A stretch of 64,000 bases of DNA, taken from Heteronotia binoei. Lineage: Eukaryota. Location: NCBI RefSeq assembly GCF_032191835.1, contig NC_083230.1, forward strand, positions 32,302,001 through 32,366,000, read 5' to 3'. This document shows, piece after piece, positions 26,720-39,849 of this stretch. The notes below the pieces were generated by a model. That model made no database searches. It saw only the letters and a program-made list of their open reading frames with translations, and had not been told where the DNA came from. Both the position numbers and the translations under genes were made by a program. How positions within the stretch are numbered: position 1 is the first letter of the stretch; every line of letters starts with the position of its first letter.

Positions 26720-26886
26720 GAGTAGCCATGTTAATCTGTCTGTAGCAGTAGAAAAGAGCAAGTGTCCAGTGGCACCTTAAAGACAAATTTGTGATAGGGC
26801 ATGCGCTTTTGTCATGAAATTTCATACCCAGCCACAAATTTTGTTAGTCTTTAAGGTGCTACTGGACTCTTGTTCTTTTCTACTGC
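26720..26886. mobile_element. Penelope-like element end, inverted (tail-to-tail) remnant
   Basis: GAGTAGCCATGTTAATCTG...GCACCTTAAAGAC arm and its inverse GTCTTTAAGGTGCTACTGGACTCTTG, the motif typical of reptile Penelope pLTR ends. Another fragment lies near 32100-32170. Confidence 0.7.
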
Positions 26887-28741
26887 ACACAAATGGAAAA
26901 AGAGCCTTCTGGGTTCAGCCAGCCCACCCAACATCCTGTCTCCAACAGCAGCCGGTTCTGCTTCACTAGAAATGTACATCACTGCAAGCAACAAACTGAG
27001 AAACAGTGTAGGTTACCATTTTACACTCCCACTGAAATCACCCAGATTTTAGCCCCCTGAATTTGGTTGAAAAGCTTCTGATATTGTAGTCTCCTTCACC
27101 CACTGTTGTGTATGTGGAAGCAGGATCCAAATCTCTGCTTCCCCAGACCAATAGTCACATGATCCAATGACGTTGAAGCACGGTAACTTTGAGTGTATAT
27201 AGTTGGCCCTGTTGGCCCGGTTCTCCAGTCTTAGTTTTACCAGTAACATGCTGTATCACTAATAAAGAGCTTTGATCAGTATACAAAAAGACTCCTCATG
27301 CATTAAACCCAGTATTTAACACCCACTTAACGTGTTATTCTGCTATTGACTCTGCAAAGGTAAATCCACTGATTTCAGCTGGACTTATGCGTAACAAACT
27401 GGGTGACGATTTGCAGCTATTGACTAGAATTCTTACATTACAGTGATAAAGATCTTAATGATGTTTTCCAATTCAATCATACAGTATATTAAGTTATTCC
27501 AGTTCAGACCCACTGAAAGCAATGTAGTTATTCCACACAGGATTGCACTGCAAGCAATTACAATAAATACACACAATACTTCCCTACTATGTCTAATAAA
27601 AGCCTACAACTTCTATCTGCCAACCATGCATTTTAACTCTCTTGAAAAATCTGCCATGCAGGCTTAAACATTGCTATGATAGTTTCTTTAATGATGGTTT
27701 TCAGTCCAATCTTTTCATCACTGACATGAATACCTGGCAGAGATTTTCACAATTTCATAGCTACCAGCCACTGAAGCAAAGTAAACATTTAACACAAGTT
27801 ATGAAAGGGCCAGATAAACCACAATTATGAGATTCAGTTGCACAGGCATGCTACCTTTTGCCACTCTGAGTCATGACTAAACCTTTACCCGATATGGTAT
27901 TAGCTAAGCTTTGCTGCAGAGGCCAGGAATTCAATGCAACTATCCTACTTGGAACGGTTCATTGATCATATTTGGCTGGGAGCCATGCCGTTTACTTTTC
28001 AAAAGGCTGAGAGCTCAAGTTTACTTTTGATATGCAAAAGTTACCTTGATGCCAGCATGACAAGTAAATATTGCAAGGCAATTACTCATACCTATACCTT
28101 CTTTCTCTTCCTCCTTCTTTTCCTCCTCTGCAGGATTGAAAGAGAAAGCACTGTGCCTAGGGAAAGACTAGCTGGCTACTCGCCATTGGTGCCAAACCAC
28201 TTCCTTTCATTTTAGCAGTCCTTGGAAGGTCACAGCCTGTACAAGTAGTGCTGAGAAAGAGAAAGAGGAAGAGGTTTAGAAGCATTCCAAGGATGGGAAT
28301 AATTGGATGACATAGCTATTTCTTATTCAATCATTTTGGGTAGTCCTATCTCAGACACATATGGCTGTTACTGTTATCTAAAACACAATTTCATGTAAAT
28401 CTTGTCATGTTTTTAACCTGGTCTTCTTCACTTACAGAGGGTTCAGAGGGGTATATGTGCCTCTCTATTTTGCCTCAGGCCAACCCTATGATGTAAGTTA
28501 GGTGGAGAGGGACAAAGGAGATCTCCCAGGGTCACCCAGTGAATTTAATGTGGTGAAAGCTGGGGATTTGAACCTGGGCCTCCTGGTTCCTTGTCCAGCA
28601 CTCCAACCATTAAATCAAATGTACGTAGATTACAAAGGTAGCTGTTTTTCACTGCTAACCTGGATACAAAATACACACAGATCTTGTACAATGAAAAGGG
28701 CACACCAACAAATCAGACAAGCAGCGCTTTAAAGTAATTAG

Positions 28742-29030
28742 AATCAGTTTAGTGTACTGGTTAAGTGCACGGACTTTTATCTAGGAGAACTGGGATTCCC
28801 CATTCTTCCACAAGCACTTGCTGATATGACCTTGAATCAGTCACAAATTCTTGTAGAACTGTTCCTCTCAACAGCAGTTCCTGTCAGAGCTTTCTCAGCT
28901 CCACCTACCTCACAGGGTGTCTGTTGTGGGGATGGGGAGGGAAAGGAGTTTGTAAACTGCTCTGAGACTCCTTTGGGTAGTGAGGGGCAGGGTATAAATT
29001 CAACATCCTCCTCCTCTTCCTCCTCCTCCT
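28742..29030 (+). mobile_element. Older Squam3-like tRNA SINE
   Basis: Diverged match to the 11347-11630 family, with a (TCC)n tail. Confidence 0.75.
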
Positions 29031-31197
29031 GTTGTTGTTATCCGCCCTGAGCCCGTTATGGGAAAGGGCAGAATATAAGTTTACTAAATAAATAAATTAT
29101 TATTATTTACTGGGTTCAAGACCCATTGCAATGAAACAGCTCTGCTTTATTTAGTAAAATCAGCAACAAGACTGGGCTCCCAAGGCCAATGGCCCTGCTT
29201 ATATCAATGCAAAAGACCCCATCCAAATCCAATCAACTCTTAACTATAGGTACAAGTGCTGGCCATTGACTCCTGATTGGCTGCTTCCCAGAGTCCAGGT
29301 GGCTATTGTTCTGGAGCCTCAAGTTCAGCAAAGTCTCTGGTAGCACACCCATGAATGTTCCAGTCTCAATACATAACATCCCCCCCCCAAGTTCCAAAAC
29401 ATCTAACAGATAGAAGTCCTTTTCACATTAATGTTCTAAACCGGAAGGAATTCGTTCTTGTCCCATCATCCAGTAAAGCGAGACAGGGACTGGGAGTTTC
29501 ACACGGCAGTTCTACTTCTTCAAACAAGCCATCTCTGAAGCACTACTGTCCTTTCAGACACGGCCACTTGTGCTGCGTGATTACCCTCCCCCCCCCCTTT
29601 TGAGATCGCTAAAGCACTCAATCAGTATCACAGTGCAGCGCCATAGTGGCTTCATAGACATGCCCCATTGGGGATAGAGCAACATTTTTAAAAGGCTTTT
29701 GCAAATGTGTGCAAATAACCAACCAGTGTACAGCAAATAAAAGAGAGAAACTTAAAGGCTTGTTGTGCTGTCTGCCTCAGAAGCCCTTCTCCCCACTTTG
29801 GAAGAGAGAGGGAGACAGAGAGAGAGAGAGAGAGAGAGAGGAAACCAAGCAAAAATGTTTTTGTCTTCTCAGCTCCCTGTTTGAAATACAGGAGAGCTGA
29901 AAACCCATCCCTGTGTTTCTCAAGCCACCCCTCCTTTCAAACTGTGGAGAAAGAACTCCTAAAAGCCTGTTTTATTTAAAAGGATCTTGGATACAGAGTT
30001 GTAGAAAGAAGGGGGGGTTGTGCTTCCCCCATCCCACTTCCTCCTTCTCTGTTCCTGGCAGCTGGGACTTTCTTGCTCAAAAAACCAACATGGGTCAGGC
30101 TACAGCTGACGCACAGAGAGCCTGGTTTTTAAAGCATAACCCCTCCAAAAAGCCTCCCATCCCCCCCCCCCCCAGGAGACTGACCTGAGCTGAGAAGTCT
30201 TTAAAAAATAAATCACCCAGCAAAAAAGACCAAGCACTGAAAGAGTTAACTGTGCAGTCCCAGGCGGCTGACAGTGAAGAGGGGGAGGAGGAGGCATGCC
30301 TCAGCCAATCAGCACATGTCTTTAAAGGAGCGAGAAGGAAAAAGATCGTGCACTTGTGCACACAGACGCTTTGCAAACGTTATAGCCGGCCATTTCACAC
30401 AGCCCAGTACAGCAATTCAGAAGCGCAAGGCAGGGTTTGATAGCAGAAGAAACTGCTTTTCATTAATAATGACTCAGCCATGCCCTGCCAATGGGACACA
30501 TGTGGGCAGGCAGTTACTAAAGCAGATCTGTCTGAAACTACAAGAATGATTCGTTAGCGAGTAGTTACTAAAATGGAATACATAGGCTGTCTGAAAAGGG
30601 CAATAGTCTCTGAGGTGTGCCGGCTTGCACCACTCTTGATTGGACCATCAGAGCGTTGGTGCAGGTGAGGCATCAGGAACACTGAGGTTGAGGTTGATGT
30701 AGGGTGTTTTTACATTCAGTTTGATCCAGAGTTTTAGTGTCTTCAAATCGCCTGCCACTGTTCCGCTTTAATTATTTTCCTTTTACATATAAGCGTTTCA
30801 ATTGGGGGGGGGGTCTCTGATCAGAGGGCAGCCGTAATACCAGTGCTTCGTTAAATGTATACGATTGCATGGAAATCATGTCAACACTGGAAAAACAATA
30901 CAAATTTAAATTACTAGATGAGGCAAGCAATGATATGTAAAAATTTCAAGTGCTGTGAGTTCTCATGCAAATTATGCACCTTGTGGTGGCTTTTGGAGGA
31001 GTTTTTTTAAAATGCATGAAAACTTCTACAATACAAGTTTGAAACGCCTGTAGAGAAAAGACCAGATCAAAACTAGTGTGGAAAAAAATGTTGCAGCAGC
31101 ATCTCACCAAAACAAGGTCTCCTGCTGCCCAGTGCCTTGTTACCACAAATGCTGTTTTCAGGCTCCCTGAAGCTTGCACTTTGACCACTTCCCTCCT

Positions 31198-31497
31198 CAC
31201 TGGGGGTCCCTCTTGCCCAATCGTGTGTCCAAAAGCAGTAGGAGGTACTATGTGGTACTGAGATCCATTACCAGCATCAAAAGATTAAAATATGTATTGA
31301 AAAGAAAAGTTCAGAAGCATACCGTAGCACAACACCAGATCAGCAAACACTGGGGGTCCCTCTTGCCCAATCGTGTGTCCAAAAGCAGTAGGAGGTACTA
31401 TGTGGTACTGAGATCCATTACCAGCATCAAAAGATTAAAATATGTATTGAAAAGAAAAGTTCAGAAGCATACCGTAGCACAACACCAGATCAGCAAA
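31198..31497. repeat. Exact 150-bp tandem duplication
   Basis: 31198-31347 is identical to 31348-31497, with a CA microhomology at the junction. Confidence 0.97.
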
Positions 31498-32400
31498 CAG
31501 AAACAAAAGAAATTGGGAATAAACACATTCCTTCTCTCCCTGAGATACACATGCCCTAGCTAGATGGTAAAGTAAGGAAGGCTCAAATAACCTTAAAGAG
31601 TTTCAAGTTTGATCTCTAGTTGTTTATGTACCTGAGAGGCCACATGGTCTGGAAAAGATGGCTACCCTCTGGCAGACCAGATCTCAGACGTGTCCCTAGC
31701 TTAACATCTCAAGGAGAGAGACCGCTTTTTCCTTTCAGGGAAGTTTTGTTCATCCTCTGTCTCCATCCACTTTACATCACTCTTTCCACCCCTTTGACTT
31801 GGTCCACCCAGGTCACAAGGTGCATCCTGGGACACATGGTGCATTCCGGGTGCCCTTCTGGATGGCTTTCTGGGAAATCTCCAGGAATCCCCTGGAGGCT
31901 CCCTAGCACCAACTTCATCAGTGGACTTTGCTAGCAGGGTCAGTAGTATTTCTATAGCTGGAATCTGGCAGATAATCGAACTGACTCTGCCCAAACATTA
32001 AACTAAGGGAGGGGGGAGTACGGAGGGGTAGTTCCCTGCCTGCCAACTTCTTTCCAGGAGAAAATGCATTTCTTCACACCTTGAACAAAATGTTGTTGGT
32101 CTTAAAGGTGTCACTGAACTCAAACATTGTTCTATTGCTTCAGACTAGCATGGCTGCCTACTTCGATCATATTAACGCAGTGAGGGAAAAAAACTAAGGT
32201 GGCAGTGAAATAAATAATATGGAATGACTTTTAAAAGGGCTCTTTTTTTGCTTAACTTGACTACAGATCTGATGAAGAAATTATTTCTCATAAAAAGGAA
32301 CCCACCCCTCAATCTACCCTCACATGGATCTTCATACCCAACTGGAACTGAAAACAAAAATTGTGTATATGTGCCTACAGTGCACAGTTCTGGAGACCAC

Positions 32401-33018
32401 GTCCTACAAGGAAAGGCTGAAGGAGCTGAGTTTGTTTAGCCTGAGAGGAGATGACTGAGTGGTGATATGATAACCATCTTCAAGTATTAAAAGGGCTGTC
32501 ATATAGAGGATGGTGTTGAGTTGTTTTCTGTTGCCCCAAAAGGTTGGACCAGAACCAATGGGTTGAAATTAAATCAAAAGAGTTTTCAACTAAACATTAG
32601 GAAAAGCTTCCTGACAGAGTGATTCCTCAGTGGAACAGGCTTCCTTGGGAAGTGGTGGGCTTTCCTTCTTTGGAGGTTTTTAAACAGAGGCCATATGGCC
32701 ATCTAACAGCAATGCCAATTCTGTGAATCAGCATGACCATGTAGACCACATAGACCATGAGAAGGAGGACAGGAAGCGTTGCATCAATGCTTAGTTCTTG
32801 TGGCCCTTTCTTACACACCCAAGGAAATGCTGTTCACCACTTTGGGGTAAGGCAGCAGTTTCTTCTCCTGGTCAATTTGGCCAGGGATCCTGGAGAGGGT
32901 TGTTTGTTTTTTGTCATCTTCTGGGTGTGTCACTGTATGTGCGGGGGAGGTATTTTTGAATTCTCTGCATTTTGCAGGGGGTTGGACTAGATGACCCTGT
33001 AGATCCTTCCAACTCTAT
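32401..33018 (+). mobile_element. CR1 LINE 3' end
   Basis: TACAAGGAAAGGCTGAAGGAGCTG...AGAACCAATGGGTTGAAATT...GGTTGGACTAGATGACC...CCTTCCAACTCTAT, the classic CR1 ORF2 end and 3' UTR. Confidence 0.9.
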
Positions 33019-33824
33019 ATGCTGACAACTTTACAGCAAACAGGTTTGGTGGGTGAACATAACATTTCAATAGCTATCATTTAGTCTCAAATCAGATTAT
33101 TTTGCCTCTATTGTTCAATGCCCCTTTGATCACTGTACTGGTCAGCTTTGCAGCTACACAGTAATTGTGATGGCGGAGATTTCATTGTTCCAGAGTGTCA
33201 TAGAAGCTTGAATCAAGTAATTAAATCATGGCAGGGTGATAATTAAAAACTACCATTTTCATGGGATTATGTGAAAACACACATATGAGAATTGCTGCAT
33301 GTTCAGACTGATCGGCAACTGTTAACACTGATCAGCTAAACACAGACATACACTTAATGACAAGTCTTATTTTTAAAAATTACACGTTTATATGACTGGT
33401 TTTGTATAATCTTCATTGGTGACAGCACAACCAGGCCGCAGCAATGGGGCATTTTATTGTGCATGACTATCTGCATGCACAGAAAGCAACACAATGAATT
33501 GACTCAAGTTACCCACAAGGAACCCAAATTGCCTGCCAAACAATGGGCTCCCTGCCTGCAATGCGCAAGCAGAGCATGAAGCCAATCAGCAGGTGCCCAA
33601 ACATCCCACATTCATACAGGGGGCCAGGACAAAGGTTTATACAAACTCCCATCTGTTTGTAAGTAAACTGATGCAGTCTTCACTTGAGTACACCTAGGTT
33701 CCTAGGCAAGAAATAATAATACTTTTATGGCTACTATGAAGTCTCTGTTATAGGGAGGATGTCAAGATGTACAGTAAGATAAAATAATTTCCATTCTGAT
33801 GAACTACGCAAGCAATTTGGTATA

Positions 33825-34092
33825 TGTAATGTACTGAGAACCGAGATGGTTTGAAGGCAACATCATTTATTCAGTAGCACATTACAAGAGAGGGAACACG
33901 CAGGCCGGGCCCCGCTTATATACAGTACCCAGAACAACCCCCCTCCTCCGACCAGGCCAATCCTGGTCGGTCAAACTTCCCACCACAGATCTTGATGGGC
34001 GGGGCGAATGGCGAGCTCCATCTGGGGACCCAGGGGGTCGCCTTTAGTAGCGATCACCATGCGGCCAGGTAACTTATGTTCAATACATAACA
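33825..34092 (-). mobile_element. Solo LTR (268 bp), Gypsy type
   Basis: TGTAA...TAACA termini. Exact 5-bp TSD GTATA (33820-33824 and 34093-34097). TATATAA and AATAAA on the minus strand. The 3' end CATCTCGGTTCTCAGTACATTACA resembles the LTR end at 60429-60452. Confidence 0.88.
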
Positions 34093-37000
34093 GTATATTA
34101 GCACCATCTTAAGCCTTTAGTATCAGGTTTACAGTAATTGTCAATCTAAAGAAAATTTGGTCAAAAGTATTACCAAAGAGTTTTTAATGTTGAAAAATTA
34201 CAATTTCAGATTAATGTTCCTCACTTAAAATTGCTGATTATGAGAGTTTTTGTCTATGAGAATATATTTTACACTTCTTCTTGTTCTCATCTGCATGAGA
34301 GAAATAACTATCATTCCTTCTGAAGTAACATTCTCCAACTATTGAAAGGCTAACGTAATTACAGTGAACTCTGCTGGGATTCCAGCTACATTCCTTGTTC
34401 ATATAAACAAGCCCAACCAACTACCATGTAATTTACAGCATTTGCTGATGTAAACTAAAAGTCTAGAAGAAACGCATACATTTTGGGGATACCTGCTGAG
34501 AGCCATAGTGGACTTGTGGCTCTTTGGCTTATGTCCAGAGCATGTTGTTGGGAGATGCAGTGTACACATTCAGACTTTGCTTAATTACCAAAGTATACTC
34601 CTGTGGAATACCTCTGTGTACAAGTTCTCACCCAAAATATGAAGCGATTTTTACTCTGGATAAGAGATTATGAAAAAGAGATTCTAATTGATGGTTGAAG
34701 TCAGTTTCTAAGATATGTTCTTCTCTGTTAACAAAATAACATTTTTTTTATATTCTGTCTTTACCTAAGTAAATAGATCACTTTACAGCACTCCCAATGC
34801 TGTTTTATTATAGACTAGCTTGAAACCTATGCTTCACAACAGCATTTAACTACCTTTAATCCAGTTATAATACTTCTGGGTATATTTTTAAAAATTGTGT
34901 TTTAGGAAGAGTGTTTCATTTTTGGAATTGGTTTTGTATTATAATAGCCTAGTACCCGACCTTCATAAAGGTGTTTGAGTAATGTGGAGTGGGTTGATGG
35001 AGAAAACTGATGAAGTGAATTTTTAAATATAGTATTTGTTGAAGCAATAAAAAAGAAAAGATTGTAGTGTAAAAAATGAAGTGAAAAATATGTACAACCT
35101 TTTCTTTTTCCTCTACTGAAGGACCTCTTTGTAGGCCACACTGGTGGTTCTGCCCTCAGGTACTAGGATCACCAGGCTGCTGGGTGAGCTCACTCTGGAG
35201 CAGGCCACATAGAACTGTCCATGTGAGAAGCAGTCCTCTGTTAAGTCAATTCCTACTACCTACAGTGTCTACCCTTGGGACTTGAACATATATGAACATA
35301 TGAAAAATGCCTATTCTGGAGTCTTAAATCACTGTTTTTATTACACAGAAGACAGAAGTTCCCTGAAGACCAACTGTCTTCAGCTGTCTGCAGTCTCCTT
35401 CCACTAATTTTTTTACCTCAGAACACAGAGTTCCACAGCTGACCAATGAGAAAGAGGGGAGTGCAAGCAGGCAGCAGATTGCCAGGCACACAGCAAAGCT
35501 TTACCCCATTGAGAAAACACATTTTACCCCTTTTTACTCCCCTAAACATCTCCTCTTAGTGGGCAGAGGAGTATCATGGAATGAATGCACTCCCCAAAGC
35601 TTTGGGTTTCTAGGTCCAGGGGTTTGGGCTGGGCATTGATGAATCAGTCAGGACGCATGTTTTTATATAGGTAAATAAGGCCCATTGTGAGGGAAAATAC
35701 AATGGGCTCTAGAAAGAGGCTCTGGGTGAATGCCCTCCATCCTTACTGTCTTCCCACCCATCCACCCAAGTGAAGGCATTCACTTCCCGCACTCTTGACG
35801 CCTTCTTACCATCCACCCGCTCCAACTACCACCTACTCCAAACAACCTCTTCCTTTCAACTACCCCACACCCTTGGCACTCCACTACTCCTCCCACCCAT
35901 GACATTCACTTACCCCCACCTTTGCTGTCTTCCCAAATACCTCCTCAAACCCACCCTCTCCAGACTCCACCCCTCAAATCTCCAGGAATCTCCCAACCTG
36001 GAGTTGGCAACCTTATCTTTCTCAGCCAACCATCAGCCTACCTTTATCTGCCCCTCTGACTTCAGCTTTCCATCTCCTCCCCCCCACCCTGCAGGCTCTA
36101 CCTAGGAAAAGTACAGTCTTTCTCCACAGTAAGGACCACTCAATCAGCTTTCACAGCAAGAACCTGCTCTGAAGCGCTAACTCCTATGCCATATTGGCTG
36201 TTGGGGGGGGAAGGGCTGCTGCTGCTGAACAGCAGTAAACAACCAGGCTTAGTGCAACCAAACTTCAGGTGGAGCTTGAAGGTCTCCTGGTATCACAACT
36301 GAACTCCAGACAGCAGATCTCTCTCTTCCTGGGGGAAATAACTGCTTTAGACTCTATGGCATTATATTCAGCTGAGGCCTCTCCCCTCCCCAAAGTCTGA
36401 CCTCCATAGACTCCACCACAAATTCTCCAGATATTTCCCACAAACCTGCAACTGGCAACCCTAGTCAGGACTGGCCCCAATGAGTTCTCCCTAAAAGGCC
36501 AAAATAGGCCTCAAAAGGGCCTCCCCCCATCTCTTCACCATCTCCCCTCCATTGCTACATACTTTCTTCCAAATGCCACAGAGAATTGATAAGTAAGAAA
36601 TAGCAAACTGTGTAGCACTATAATAGCAATTTATAATATAACAACAAGGCCCTTAAAGGAAAACGTCCATTTATAATTAGCAGAATTAACAGAATTGCTA
36701 ATATATAGGATATGCTATATAGGATTCTAGAATTCAGATTTCTTACTTAGATTTATATCCTAGATGCTGAATAGGTTACAATGGGCAAGATTTTCTTCTG
36801 GTAGGATTCAGTTGTGTTCCTCTTCTAACTCCACTGGTCAATGACTAGATGTGTATTGCCATTTACAAAATTTTAAATACATTACAGTGTGAACAGTGAA
36901 AGGCTTTATGGACCATACAGCAATACCAAAATATATGCAAGTGTGGGTTTCTGGCCTTAGGTGAGTAAACAAAGATGATTCAGAACCCTGTCATTTGTAT

Positions 37001-38019
37001 TTATTTAAACTATTTGAACAACCACCTTTCTCCCAACACAAGGTAGGTCCTAAAACAGATTTATGTATGCATACCAAATGGAAAATAACAGTACAAGTCT
37101 AAGCAGTGTTATACCCTTCTAAGATTTCAACATATTTAGAAGGATGTAACTCTGTATAGCATGGCACTGTAAGTAACCATGTGATAAAAGGGCTATCAGC
37201 TAATAATAATATCAGGTAAGCAATTTTTCCACTGCTAAAACAGCTTCTAAGTGTATGGTTGCTACTTGCTTAGTGAATATGGCACAACATAATTCTGGTT
37301 TCAGTCCCACAGTGACTTATTCTAGCACCATCACTGGCACTGTAAGAATATGGTATGCAATTTTACAGTATGCAGGGGGGTTTTTTCTATTAAAACAGCA
37401 TCTCGGTGTATAGGCTGCTACTTCACTGGTGAACATGCCACAAAATTACCCTAGTTTTAGTTGCACAATGATCCACTCTAAGGCTATCATTGGCACCATG
37501 AGAATATGGTATGCAAATGTACAATTTTTACTTTTATTTTGCCCTTAGTGCCTTCTTCTAGTTCTCCCACCATTGACCCTATTTCATCTCCTAAATACAT
37601 ATGAAGCATACAGATATAAATATAAATATTTTACCCTCAGATCAAAGGAGAAAATGAGAGCATAAGGGGATGGCCTGGAGGTAGTACAATGTATAACACA
37701 ATCAAATGAATATATATTTACATCTACCCATATGAACGTTAAGAAGCATGAAGGAATGGCTGCTGTGATTCTCTCTGAAATGGCTATCTGAGAAGCAAGA
37801 GAAGATTTCCCCAAGCAGAAAGCTGCTTTTAAAACTACCACTGGCTGATCTGACACTTTCATTTGTCAAGTATCTGTTGACAACTGTAAGACCTGTTACT
37901 TATCCAAAAAGAACAACGGGGCAACAACAACAATAACACATAGCTGTAACAAGGAGGATTTAAAAAGCAAATTCCTCTCCCTCTCCTTTCCCTGTCTTCC
38001 TCCCTCCATCAGTCTTCAA

Positions 38020-38768
38020 NNNNNNNNNNNNNNNNNNNNNNNNNNNNNNNNNNNNNNNNNNNNNNNNNNNNNNNNNNNNNNNNNNNNNNNNNNNNNNNNN
38101 NNNNNNNNNNNNNNNNNNNNNNNNNNNNNNNNNNNNNNNNNNNNNNNNNNNNNNNNNNNNNNNNNNNNNNNNNNNGGCTGNNNNNNNNNNNNNNNNNNNN
38201 NNNNNNNNNNNNNNNNNNNNNNNNNNNNNNNNNNNNNNNNNNNNNNNNNNNNNNNNNNNNNNNNNNNNNNNNNNNNNNNNNNNNNNNNNNNNNNNNNNNN
38301 NNNNNNNNNNNNNNNNNNNNNNNNNNNNNNNNNNNNNNNNNNNNNNNNNNNNATTANNNNNNNNNNNNNNNNNNNNNNNNNNNNNNNNNNNNNNNNNNNN
38401 NNNNNNNNNNNNNNNNNNNNNNNNNNNNNNNNNNNNNNNNNNNNNNNNNNNNNNNNNNNNNNNNNNNNNNNNNNNNNNNNNNNNNNNNNNNNNNNNNNNN
38501 NNNNATTTAACCTACTATTTCTTACTAATGTTGGAATCTTTTTTTACAACCTAACTGAACACAAAGTTCCTTTTCATATTTTACAGAAAAGGTTTTTAAA
38601 TCGGTTTGGATTNNNNNNNNNNNNNNNNNNNNNNNNNNNNNNNNNNNNNNNNNNNNNNNNNNNNNNNNNNNNNNNNNNNNNNNNNNNNNNNNNNNNNNNN
38701 NNNNNNNNNNNNNNNNNNNNNNNNNNNNNNNNNNNNNNNNNNNNNNNNNNNNNNNNNNNNNNNNNNNN
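38020..38768. other. Assembly gaps (38020-38504 with two tiny islands, and 38613-38768)
   Basis: Runs of N. Confidence 1.
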
Positions 38769-39849
38769 CCCTTAAATTTTTTTTATTCTTTTCACTTCAT
38801 TAGCACAATACATTTAGTCTAAGTGACTCTGTCAGTCGGTACTGTGTGTTCCTTGTTTATTTATGAGAATTTGTTTCAAGGAAGTTCAAAAGAGGTAACC
38901 TTATGCATATTCATAGAGGATAGCTCATAATACATGAATCAAGAAAAGCTTTCAGAGCTTGGGCTTCTTCTTTCCAAGGAAGTTTACAAACTGGGTAGTT
39001 ACTCAAAAGAGTTTTTACAATCACATTCTTTTTCTACCAGATCTGACTGGTAGAAACACTCCCCTTCAGAAGAATAGGGACTTCCAGAACACTAAACAGG
39101 CAACGTACTGTGTATAATAATTTCTGTTCAGACCCCACTAATTTCAACATATGTGAGCACTCGGTTGCACACACTATGCTTCCTTATAGCAACTAAGGCT
39201 GCAGTCTTATGTACACTTTCTTTGTGCAAGATCTGTTGAAGAAAATGGGATTTACTTTGTAAAAATGCACTGGTTTGAGCTGTAAATGTATTGAGGGATA
39301 GTGTCTGTGCTACAATATGCCCAGCAGATCATTTTCTGAAAGCTGTTTGCAACTACCCCCTTTTAAAACCAAAATCAGAATAGTACTAAGTAGTATCAAT
39401 ACGTCATTAGTTTCCTATTGTGCCAAATTCCCATACATTTTTTTTAATTTACCTATCACAAAAACAGAGTAACAAGAGATTCTCATTGGCCAAATCTGTT
39501 TCACAGGTGAGGTCAGTAGCTAGCATAGTGTTATGCTGGGTAAGCAAAACAATAAATACATCTTCTGAATGAAACTAATTCATTCATCCTAATAAATAAA
39601 TAAAACGACATAAGAAGAGCCCTGCTGGATCAGACCAATGGTCCTTCTAGTATTAATTAATTAATTCACATTTATATTCCGCCCTTCCCAAAATGGGCTC
39701 AGGGTGGGTCACATCAAAGATAAAACTATTACACGGATTCTAAAACAAATAGCCAAAACATACAACCAAGTAATACCATTTCCAAACCTAGTCCCTGGCT
39801 GAGCAGATGGAGACAGATGGTGATCACAAAATCAATCAAGGCTCCAAAT

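Noticed and set aside
26795-26835. Hammerhead ribozyme expected in Penelope-like ends
   Set aside because: Only the flanking arms remain (GGGCATGCGCTTTTGT and CATGAAATTTCATACCC). The CUGANGA core is missing.
30600-30780. H/ACA snoRNA interpretation of the hairpin
   Set aside because: No ANANNA hinge after the hairpin and no convincing second hairpin with an ACA box.
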